Assembly (NCBI GenBank): GCA_038087875.1
Contig: CM075992.1
Location: forward strand, 12,092,001-12,156,000
DNA from: Malacoraja senta
Lineage: Eukaryota
Direction: 5' to 3'
DNA: 64,000 nt
Both the position numbers and the translations under genes were made by a program. Under the pieces are notes generated by a model. The model was not told the origin of the DNA, did no database searches, and saw only the letters and a program-made list of their open reading frames with translations. Positions 38,261-49,134 of this stretch are shown here, in pieces. Positions within the stretch are counted from its first letter, which is position 1; each line of letters opens with the position of its first letter.

Positions 38261-38765
38261 CACTATCACTAACTTCTCTTGTCATCCACAGTTGCCTCCT
38301 ACGCCCTTTAGAATCTTTCTTCCTTTTTGGAATGAAATGATCCTGCGTCTTCCGGATTATGCCCAGAAATTCCTGCCATTGCTGTTCCACCATCATTCCT
38401 GCTAGGATCCCTTTCCAGTCTACTTTGGACAGCTCCCGTCTCATGCCTTCATAGTCCCCTTTGTTCAACTGCATCACTGACACTTCCGATTTAACGTTCT
38501 CCTTCTCAAATTGCAGATTAAAACTAATCATATTATGATCACTACCTCCAAGTGGTTCCTTTACCTCGAGTTCTCTTATCATATCTGGTTCATTGGACAA
38601 CACTAAATCCAGAATTGCCTTTTCTCTGGTCGGCTCCATTACAAGCTGCTCTAAGAATCCATCTCGGAGGCATTCTACAAACTCTCTTTCTTGGGGTCCT
38701 GATCCAACCTGATTTTCCCGGTCTACCTGCATATTGAAATCCCCCATCACCACAGTGACATTACC
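38261..38765 (-). mobile_element. CR1 endonuclease fragment (duplicated copy)
   Basis: MGDFN, ILDLVL, SDHN motifs. Confidence 0.9.
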
Positions 38766-41700
38766 AGGAGCACCTAGGCAACCCCACTTGGAGGGTAGCC
38801 ACGATATTATATCTCCCTCTCTGAGGAGGGGAGCGTAGGGAAGAGGCCCGTTGACACAAACGAGTCGGGCCAGGAGGATTCCTGATGGAGAGGATCCCCT
38901 CCTTCATGGGTAACGTCTTTGAACGTTCAAACCCACATGGAGCACCTGATGGAGAGGTGTTCCATAAGGAAATACTCCAAAGGTGGGAGTTATCAGCTTG
39001 GGTATCAAGGAGAATCCGCAGGCAGCGGCACCTGTTTCAGGGCTGCACAATGTCTCCCTCTCTGAGGAGGGGAGCATTCAGGGTCAGTTTAATCTGACCC
39101 AGAGCAAAAAACATTATATCGTTCCGCTGGAGGGGCCATGTCAGCGCAGATATGGTCAGGGGCCTGCGGCAGCACCTGTTTTCAGGGCTGCCTACGAATC
39201 TCCCTCTCTGTGGAGGGGAGTGCGAGTGGTCAGTTGGTAACTGACTTCAAATTCGAAGTGTATCCATGGAACATACTGGAGCACATGCATATGGCTTCAA
39301 GAGATACTCGCAAACGAATGTGTTGCTGCCGGAAGAGTTGGTCTCCAGCCGTTGGCAGAATACCCGCAAGGGGCCAGAGTTCTCTCACGCTACAAGTGCC
39401 AGCAAGTGAACAGCGCTATTAGGGTGACATTGGAGGGCATGAAATCCAGGAAATGAAACCAGCCACCGAATCCTCTCTTCAGGTAAGACTTATCCCACAG
39501 GTAAGACCAGGAGGAGGAAGCAAAAAGCTGTCGGACTAATCAAGGTATCGACGACGAGCAAAGCTTCATCGGTAGGTGGCGACACGCCCCATGCCTCCAT
39601 CGGGGGTAAGCGTTTCACTGAAGCCGGTGGCAGCTTGAAAGCTGGGCACGGAAATATGGCCAGAGTTGTCTTTCAAGGCAGGCTCAAAATTATGGCCAGA
39701 GTTGTCTTATGAGGTAGGCTCAGTATGATGAGGTTTTCAGACCAAGGCCCAAGCTCAGGGGAAATATGGAATGCACGCACCCTACCAGTCCTACTCTCCA
39801 ATCAAGGAGGGGAAAAAGAACCCACATCAGCGGCCTTTGGGCTTACCATAAGACCACCGGTAGCCATGGAGGTAGGTGGTTCTGGTTCTTCTGAAACATG
39901 GGGTTGTGGACCATTTACATGTTTGTAATATTTACACTTGTGTTTTTTGTACAAGTGACAATGATAACATGAGATTCAGATCTGGTTTATAAAAACTGAT
40001 GATAACATGTGATTACTTCATACTGCACAACATACATAGGTTCCAAGCAGGCTTGGAATTGGGGCCGGAGTTGTCTTTCAAGGCAGGCCCAGTATTTTGG
40101 GCTGGATTTCATTTTAGGACAGGTTGACAGATGGAGGATGTCACTTCATCCAGATTTATCTCATATGTGCAGTATAGACTTTCAGAATAGTAAACTTCGT
40201 TACTGTCTAACAATTGATTTCTATAGGAGCTATATGGCAAGCATCGATCTCAAAGATGCATGCTATTCAGTTCCCGTTCACAGGGATCACAGGGGATCTC
40301 TGAAATTTATCTGGATGGGTCAATGATAACAGTTAAAGGTTTGCAAAATGGGCTAACTTCAGCTCCCAGGTTTATTTACCAAATCACCAAAACCGGTGCT
40401 TGGGCTGCTCAGAGCTCAAGAACATTTGTTAACGCCTATCTGGATGATGTTTTAAACACTGTATTTTACTAAACTTAACTGTTTCAGGCTCAAACTATAT
40501 TGGAGAAATTGGGGTCTCTCACCCATCCAGTTAAATTTAAGTTAATACGAATCAGAACTATTGATTAATGGGATTTACATTTAACGATCAACTTAACAGG
40601 GACTCCGCCCTGGGGCAAGAGATGCAATTAACAGAAGCCTGTAACAACCGCGTGGTTATGAAGCAGCTTTCTATTCATCAAGTGTAATTGGCAATATAGC
40701 AGCTGTGTTTCAGGTGTGTAACTTGGGCCTTTGCATTACCAGAACTTACAGCGTGCAAAGAATTAACTTCTCAAGTACCATATAGGTCATTATTAATAGA
40801 TCTATGCTATTACCAGCTGAAGCTACCAAAGTCACAATGGTGGCAGTATTCAGCATTGCTCCAGTATTTTTGGTCAGTAATCTTCAGTAATTACAAACTG
40901 ATGCTAGTGCTCAAAGATGAGAAGTTACGAATGACATCTCCACTTACGGAGGCGGATGCGGATTGCATGAGTTACCAATTTTTCAGTTATTGGTATCAAC
41001 TACCTATAAACACTAGGTGCATTCTATAGGTTAAAGTTTATTGTGAGAATGTTCATAATCTGCATGCTCAACTCCAAGTTGATACACTATGATGGTGACA
41101 TATGTTAGTCACATGGGTGCAATCAAGTTAAAGTATCCTGTGATATTTACCTAACCTCATTTGATGCTATTGTATCATCACATGAAATCAATGACAACAC
41201 AGAATGGATGTTGGATCACAAAGTATTTAATGTCATTTTGGCTCAATGGAACACCGAATATCGATATGTTTACATCCAGGCTCATTTACCAGTTGCAAAA
41301 TAAGTGGCATACAGTGGCGAGAGATACATTATCGCCACACTGGGGAGGAATGTTCTTGCATGTCTTTCCTCCATTCTGCCTCATCAGTCGGGTCTTGCAA
41401 TAAATCCAGCAAGATACCGCTTCAGGCTTTTCGAACTGCCTGACTGGCATACGCAGCCATGGTTCCCGCTAATGTTGGGAATAATATAGAACCTTATATG
41501 CTTATTCAAAACATAAAACGTTGCTGGTTCAACCTGTGACTCGGGAAACCAGCCTCTGCATGATACATCAAATCATTGACTTGCAGACTCTGAGACGACT
41601 ATTCCTGCAGCTCGGGTTGTCAGACCGATCCATGTCGTGCTCACTGCAGAATGCAGGGAAAGCACCAAAAGGCAGTACATTTCCACTTCAGCAGATGGGA

Positions 41701-42569
41701 AACGTTTTTGTTTGAATACACATGTTACATACAGTACAGCACGGATAACTGACGTCTTAGAGGTCATTTTCAAATGGGTCTTTGACAATAATTAAGTTAC
41801 AGTACCATTAACTGTGCCAACGTGCCTTCTGATCATATTTGCTGCAGCAAGTGGGACCCACACTGTCGGGTCTCACCCTCTGATATCCAGAATTATATAG
41901 GATATCTTTAACACCAGTTGTCCCAGTTACACGGAAGTACGGGACATTGACGTTATGTTAACATTACTTCACCAGGGGGCTCCCCCTACATCCTTATCTT
42001 CATCCAGCTCCCATAAGGTAGTAATCCTCATGGCACTGGCCTCAGTGCAATGGGTCCAGTCACTACATAAATTGCGACTGGACAGGATGGTTACATCTGC
42101 TAATAACATAATATTTTATGTTTTTGATTTAATCAACCAGAAGTAACCAGGGGCATTAGGTCTCAAACTAGTTTCATGGCATACCCTATGGACCTTCGGT
42201 AATGTGTGGTCACATATTAACAACAATACGTCTAGGTCACCTAAAGCCTCAAAGGCTCCAAACTAAGCAATGTTTGTTAGTTACAAAAACATTCATAAGA
42301 AGTATTAGTTCTACCATCTCCAGGTGGTTAAAATGGGGTTTTGGGTAATGCATGAGTCGATACTAATATTTTCAACACTCACTCCACCAGGGCTGCTACC
42401 ACATCAGCTCCAAGGATTATGTACGTTCCACTGGACCACATCGTAGCAGCTGCAGGATGGTCAAACGAACATACTTTACCAACATTTTATATAGCCCATT
42501 GCCAAACCGGGGGTATTTGCCAACTCCATTTTAGATTCTGTTTTATAGTTTTCCCCTGGATGAAGGGGT
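38766..42569 (+). mobile_element. DIRS1-type element, duplicated copy lacking both termini
   Basis: Copy of 34459-38260. Confidence 0.9.
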
Positions 42570-43415
42570 CACTATCACTAACTTCTCTTGTCATCCACAG
42601 TTGCCTCCTACGCCCTTTAGAATCTTTCTTCCTTTTTGGAATGAAATGATCCTGCGTCTTCCGGATTATGCCCAGAAATTCCTGCCATTGCTGTTCCACC
42701 ATCATTCCTGCTAGGATCCCTTTCCAGTCTACTTTGGACAGCTCCCGTCTCATGCCTTCATAGTCCCCTTTGTTCAACTGCATCACTGACACTTCCGATT
42801 TAACGTTCTCCTTCTCAAATTGCAGATTAAAACTAATCATATTATGATCACTACCTCCAAGTGGTTCCTTTACCTCGAGTTCTCTTATCATATCTGGTTC
42901 ATTGGACAACACTAAATCCAGAATTGCCTTTTCTCTGGTCGGCTCCATTACAAGCTGCTCTAAGAATCCATCTCGGAGGCATTCTACAAACTCTCTTTCT
43001 TGGGGTCCTGATCCAACCTGATTTTCCCGGTCTACCTGCATATTGAAATCCCCCATCACCACAGTGACATTACCTTTGTTACATGCCAGTTTTAACTCCT
43101 GCTGCAACTTACACCCTATATCCGGGATACTATTTGTGGGTCTGTAGATAACACCAATTAGTGTCTTCCTCCTTTACAATTCCTCAACTCAATCCACAGT
43201 GACTCTACCTCGTCAGTCCCTATGTCTTCTCTCGCAAGGGACTGAATTACATCGCTCACCAGCCGAGCTACCCCCCCTACTCTGCCCACCTGCCTGTCCT
43301 TTCTATAGGATGTATATCCCTGAATATTAAGTTCCCAGGCCCGATCCTCCTGCAGCCACGTCTCAGTAATCCCCACAATATCATATCTACCAACCTCTGA
43401 GCCTCAAGCTCATCC
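42570..43415 (-). mobile_element. CR1 endonuclease fragment
   Basis: ITETWL, MGDFN, SDHN motifs. Confidence 0.9.
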
Positions 43416-43702
43416 ACAAATGAACTCAGCTGTAGAAACAAAGGCCAGTGAGAGAAAGTTGTCCTCGCCCATATTGTACTGAACTGTGGTCAGCAGCAGG
43501 TGCCTGCTCCAACCCAGCACAGTTTATGAAAGGACATTGAGCTTCATAAATGCTGCTTCGCCACTTCCTCTGGCAATTTGTTCCATATATCCAGCACCCT
43601 CTGTGTGAAAGCATTGTCCTTCAGTTTCCTATTATCTCTTTCCCATCCCTCCTTAAACCTAAGCTTTCTAGTTGTTAAATGCCTGATGGGAAAAACACTG
43701 TG

Positions 43703-43990
43703 CAGGGGTAGCACAGTGACGCAGCATTAGAGCTGTTGCCTCACAGCGCCGGAAACCCAGGTTCAATCCTGACAACGAGTGCTGTCTCTGTGGAGTTTGT
43801 ACGTTCTCCCTGTGACCGCGTGGGTGCTCCAGTTTCCAACCACATTCCAAAGACGTTCGTGAATGGCTTCTGTAATTCCACCTAGTGTGTAGGATAACAT
43901 AGGACTAGCGTAGGGATGATCGGTGGTCGATGTGGACTCGGTGAGCTGAAGGGCCTGTTTCCATGCTGTTTCTCTAAACTCAACTAAACA
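43703..43990 (+). mobile_element. HE1-type SINE
   Basis: tRNA head, V-domain, CR1-like tail. Confidence 0.82.
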
Positions 43991-44279
43991 TTCACTCTAT
44001 CTACTCCCCATGACTTTATACATCTCTGTAAGATCATCCGTCAGCCTCCTGTGCTCCAAGGATTAAGGTCCTAGCCTGCCCAACTCTCTCTGTAGCTCTA
44101 GAACTTGGGTCCCAACAACATCCTCATAAACCCACTTTGTTATCTTGCGTCAGCTTAATGAAATCTTTCCTAAACTGAAGACAATGCCCAAGTGCAAGTT
44201 CACCTTACTAAAATCCATGTTGACAACATTCACCACCCTACCCTTATTGATCACCTTTGTCACCTCCTCCTAGGTCAGG

Positions 44280-46100
44280 GCATCAGGAAATCATGGTACA
44301 GCTTCATAGGACTTTGGTGAGGCCACATTTGGAATATTGTGTGCATTTCTAGTCGCCCAGGTAGGATGTGGAGGCTTTGGAAAGGGGGCAGAGGAAGTTT
44401 ACCAGATTGTTGCCAGGATTAGGGGGTATTAGCTACATGGAGATGTTGGACAGACTTGGATTGTTTTCTCTGGATGCCGAGGCTGCAGGAAAACCTGATG
44501 GATGTACATAAAATGATGAGAGGCATAGATAGGGCAGGCAGTCAGAACCTTTGTCCCAGGATGAAAGAAATCAAATACTAGAGAGCATAGCTTTAAGGTG
44601 AAAGGGCAAAATTTAAAGCAGATCCACTGGGCAACTTTTGTTTTACACAGAGGGTGGTTAGTGCCTGGATTGCACTGCCAGGGATGGTGGTTGAGGCAGA
44701 TACAATAATAGCATTTATGAGGCTTTTGACTAGAGATATGGATATGCAGGGAATGGAGGGATATGGATTATTCACAGATAGATAAGGGATAGTCTTGGCA
44801 TCGTGTTCAGCACAGACATTGTGGAACGAAGGGCCTGTCCTTGTGCTGCACTGATCTGTGTTTTATGAACACTTGGGAGCTTTGAAACTGAATGGACAGT
44901 TTGCATTACAGTCAAGGAAGGGCTAAACATCCTATGACGTATGAAGGTAGATAAATCTCCTGGTCCTAATCAGATATATACAAGGATACAGTGGGATGCT
45001 GAAGATTAAATTGCAAGAGCCCTGGCTAAGATATATAAATCATCATTAGACAAGGGTGAGGTGCCAGAAACCTTGAAGGTGGCTAATGTTGTGCCACTAT
45101 TTAAAAAGGGCTGCAAAGAAAAACCTTGGAACTATAGAGCAATGAAGATAACGTCTGTGGTAGGTAAGATACAGGAGAGGGTTTTGAGGGATAATAATAA
45201 TAATAATAATAATACATTTTATTTATATAGCGCTTTTCAGGACTCAAAGTCGCTTTAGATAAGATGCATTTGGAAAGGTGGGGGTTGTTTTTGATTGATT
45301 TTTTAAATGAAATAACCAAGGTTGAGGGCAGAGTTGTATCAATAGTCTCTATGGACTTTAGCAGGGCCCAGTGTAAGGTTCTCCATCGTAGGCTTCATTG
45401 GAAGGTTCGATAACGTGGGATCCAGGGAGAGCCAGCTAACTGGATATAGAATGTGTAAGAAGGAACTGCAGATGCTGGTTTAAACTGAAGATAGACACAA
45501 AAAGCTGGAGTAACTCAGCGGGTCAGACAGCATTTCTGGAGAAAAGGAATAGGTGATGTTTTGGGTGACGTTTCGGGTCGAGACCCTTTTTCACACTCGA
45601 CCCGAAACGTCACCTATTCCTTTTCTCCAGAGATGCTGTTTGACCCGCTAAGTTACTCCAGCCTTTTGAGTCTAACTGGATATAGAATTGGTTTAATGGA
45701 TGTGAGCAGGGAGTGTGTGTCTCACGGATCGATGCTGGGCCCATTCTGTTTGTAGTTTATATTAACAATTTGTATGAGATGATTAGTAATGAAAACAAGG
45801 CATGATTAGTAAGTTTGAAGATGCCATTAAAATAGGTGGTATCATATAGTAAATAAGGTTGTCAATAATCAGCTGGGTAAGTGGGCCAAGGAGTTTAATT
45901 AGGATGAACACATAGTCTTTTATCTAGAATAGGGGAATCAAGAACCAGATGACATAGGTTTAAGGTGAGAAGGGAAACATTTAATAGGAACCTGAGGGCA
46001 ATTTTTTCCACACAAAGGATGGCGGGTATATGGAACAAGCTGCCAAAGTAGGTTGAGACAGGAAACATAACTACAGAGTTGAGGCAGGAAACATAACTAC
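44280..46100 (+). mobile_element. Cluster of old CR1 fragments (with L2-type (TAA)n tail remnant at 45191-45256)
   Basis: LVRPHLEYC-like, ANVVPLFKKG, FFHTQR-like remnants. Confidence 0.75.
45453..45671. mobile_element. Mini Penelope fold-back element
   Basis: Inverted pLTR arms; exact 17-bp TSD ctaactggatatagaat 45436-45452 and 45672-45688. Confidence 0.9.
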
Positions 46101-46144
46101 ATTTATATGCCATAGAAGGGAAAGATTTAGAGGAGGGTGAAGTG

Positions 46145-47220
46145 GCAAAAACAGGAAGGCAGATTATTATCTAAATGGTGTCAAGTTCGGAAAATGGATA
46201 GTACAACGGGATCTGGGGGTCCTTGTTCATCAGTCACTGAAAGTAACCATGCAGGTACAGCAGGCAGTGAAAAAAGCGAATGGTGTAGCGGCACCAAACG
46301 TGGTGAATAAAGAGGAGACGTCAGGCCGGTTCAAACAGTTGTTTATTCAAGGGTCGACACGTTAGGTTGGTGCGCTAACTATTATTAATGTTGTTGCTGA
46401 AGCTGAGCGAGGTTGTTCCCTCGGGCTCAGCTACTGGTTGAACACCTGGTGGTCTCGAGGTGAGATGACCTTAAGTACCAGGACACTCCCTCTAGCCCAT
46501 GACGTCACATGCCCGCCCTCGTACTTCCTGACGAGGGTTCGAGCATAAGTGGCCCGTGTATAGGCTGCCGCCGCAATGGTATGTTGGCTTTCATAACAAG
46601 AGGAGTTGAGTATAGGAGTAAAGAGGTCCTTCTGCAGTGGTACAGGGCCCTAGTGAGACCACGCCTGGCGTATTGTGTGCAATTTTGGTCTCCAAATTTG
46701 AGGAAGGACATTCTTGCTAATGAGGGAGTGCAGCGTAGGTTCACCACGTTAATTCCCAGGATGGCGGGACTGTCATATGTTGATAGAATGGAGCATCTGG
46801 GCTTGTATACTCTGGAATTTAGAAGGATGAGATCTTATTGAAACATATAAGATTATTCAGGGATTGGACACGTTAGAGGCAGGAAACATGTTCCGGATGT
46901 TGGGGGAGTCCAGAACCAGGGGCCACAGTTTAAGAATAAGGGGTAAGACATTTAGAATGGAGATAAGGAAACACTTTTTCACACAGAGAATTGTGAGTCT
47001 GTGGAATTCTCTGCCTCAGAGTGCGGTGGAGGCCAGTTCTCTGGATACTTTCAAGGGACAGCTAGATAGGGCCCTTGAATATAGCGGAGTCAGAGGATAT
47101 GGGGAGAAGGCATGAATGGGGCACTGATTGGGGATGATCAGCCATGATCACACTGAATGGTGGTGCTGGCTCAAAGGTCCGAATGGCCTACTCCTGCACC
47201 TATTGTCTATTGTCTATTAT
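46145..47220 (+). mobile_element. CR1 LINE 3' part, interrupted by solo LTR
   Basis: Paralog of 22675-23455. Confidence 0.92.
46284..46575 (-). mobile_element. Solo LTR (292 bp; Gypsy- or ERV-type)
   Basis: TG...CA ends, imperfect terminal inverted repeat TGTAGCGGCA / TGCCGCCGCA, 4-bp TSD ATGG (46280-46283, 46576-46579); absent from paralog at about 22810. Confidence 0.88.
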
Positions 47221-47432
47221 CACTGGTTCATGGGACTAGTGCAGATGAAGCAAGTTGGTTGGAATATGCTATTGGGCCGAAGGCCCCGTTTCCATTTACA
47301 TAGGGAATCTCTTCAATCTACTGAGGAAGTAAAGACAATGATGAGTTTTCTTTGTGATGCATCAATACACTGGGCCCAGGACAGGCCTTCACAGATACAC
47401 ATGTCCAGGAACCTGAAGCTGTTGACTCTTTG

Positions 47433-47649
47433 TGTAGGAAAGAACTGCAGATGCTGGTTTAAATCGAAGGTGGACATAAAATGCTGAAGTAACTCAGCGA
47501 GACAGGCAGCATCTCTGGCGAGAAGGAATAAGTGAAGTTTCGGATCGAGACACTTCAGTCCGAAGAACGGTCTTGAACCGAAATGTCACCTATCCCTTCT
47601 CTCCAGAGATGTTGCCTGTCTCGCTGAGTTGCTCCAGCATTTTGTGTCT
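47433..47649. mobile_element. Mini Penelope fold-back element
   Basis: Inverted pLTR arms, degenerate hammerhead motif; exact 15-bp TSD gctgttgactctttg 47418-47432 and 47650-47664. Confidence 0.9.
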
Positions 47650-47719
47650 GCTGTTGACTCTTTGTTCTGTTGCCTCATTAATGAAGACAGGTTCATGGAT
47701 CCCTAGCTTTCCTGAAGTT

Positions 47720-48180
47720 GATTGGTTGCATTATGGACTGGTTTGGCAATTTGAACACCTAGGAACAAAGGAGAACACAATAATGGTGAACACAGCCTGG
47801 TCCATCATGGGTACTGACCTCCCCACCATTGAAGTGATCTATAGGAGGCGTTGCCTCAAAGAGGCAGCCAGTATCATCAAGAACCCACACCACCTGGCCA
47901 CGCTCTCATTTCACTTCCCCCATTGGGAAAAGGTTTGGGAGTCTGAAACTATGACCTCAGGCTGTTCAGGAACAGCTTCTTCCCAACAACCTTCAGGCAT
48001 TTGAACACTACAAACTCCAACTAAACTACAAACTATGAACTGTCTTGATTGCACCAAGTAATTTCAGTTTTTGTTTTGCACTAATACTGTTTTTTTGTAA
48101 TTTATTGAACTTTTGTTTATTGTATTACCTATGAGTTCTGTGTTTACACAGCTGTTATGGCTGCCATGTAAGAATTTCAC
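47720..48180 (+). mobile_element. Old Rex1/Babar-like LINE 3' fragment
   Basis: RRCLK.A.SIIK.P.H and RNSFFP-like remnants, aatttca tail. Confidence 0.65.
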
Positions 48181-48712
48181 AGTAGAAATAAGTGAGTAGA
48201 GCAGGGGACTGAGCTCACCGCCCTGAGGTGCCCTGTGTTGATGGCCATCGAGGAGCAAGTGTTGTTGCAATCTGGACTGATTGCAGTCTGGTGATGAGGA
48301 AGTCGTGGATCAATATAAACGACAAACCTTACAGAACGTCATCCAGCACGGAAACAGACCAACGGAAGTCACAGTGAAAATAGTGAGTGCATTGATGCTG
48401 TCTCCAGAATTCAACATAATGGAGTTGCCACTTTGGAGGGAACCAAACAGAATCCATGCTACTTTAGAAAAGGAGCAAGGGAGACGATAGGAAACTACAG
48501 GCAGTTAGTCTAACTTGAGTGGTCAGTGAAATGTATCTTCGTACCAATGCATTATCCCTTATATTCCTTATCATTTATCCACACACTGTGAATGGCTCAC
48601 AGTGAACAGATTCAATTGTAATCATGTATTGTCTTTCCGCTGGCTGGTTAACATGTAACAAAAGCTTCTCACTGTACCTCGGTACACGTGACAATAAACT
48701 AAACTGAAACTG

Positions 48713-48870
48713 CAGTGTACAACCAACCAAGTGTCCTGGCCCAGTGCACTGATCCAGTGTAATGACCTAGTGTACCAGCCCAGTATACCAACCCAATATA
48801 CTGACTCAGCGCACAGGCCCAGTAAATCGACCCAGTGAACCAGCCAGTGTACCACCCTGTGCAGCCCAGC
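48713..48870. repeat. Degenerate 12-13 bp minisatellite (CCAGTGTACnnn), right half
   Basis: ccagtgcactga tccagtgtaatga cctagtgtaccag cccagtataccaa ... Confidence 0.8.
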
Positions 48871-48913
48871 TCAGGCTCATTAATCCCTTGTTGTTCTCTT
48901 GCATCACTTCCAG

Positions 48914-49134
48914 ACTCTTTGTGCCCTCATCGCTGGATTCCTGCATTATTTCTTCCTGGCCTGTTTTTCCTGGATGCTCCTGGAAGGTGTGCAGCTTTAC
49001 CTCATGCTGGTGAAAGTCTTCAATGCAAAGAGTCTGAGACCAACGTACATGTACTTGTTTGGCTACGGTTGCCCCCTGATTACTGTTGGCATCTCAGTAG
49101 CCGTGTTTTCCCAGGGATATGGAACAGACAAGTA
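48914..49134 (+). CDS. ADGRE-like exon, TM3-TM4
   Basis: cttccag acceptor, TA|gtaagt donor (phase 2); TLCALIAGFLHYFFLACFSWMLLEGVQLYLMLVKVF...YLFGYGCPLITVGISVAVFSQGYGTDK has the LHYFFLA.F.WM.LEG and GYG.P motifs. Confidence 0.95.

Larger units (their letters stand above)
34459..43074. repeat. Tandem duplication, two near-identical 4.3-kb units (34459-38765, 38766-43074)
   Basis: Same ORF set repeated at offset 4307-4309; only two 1-nt indels noticed. Confidence 0.97.
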
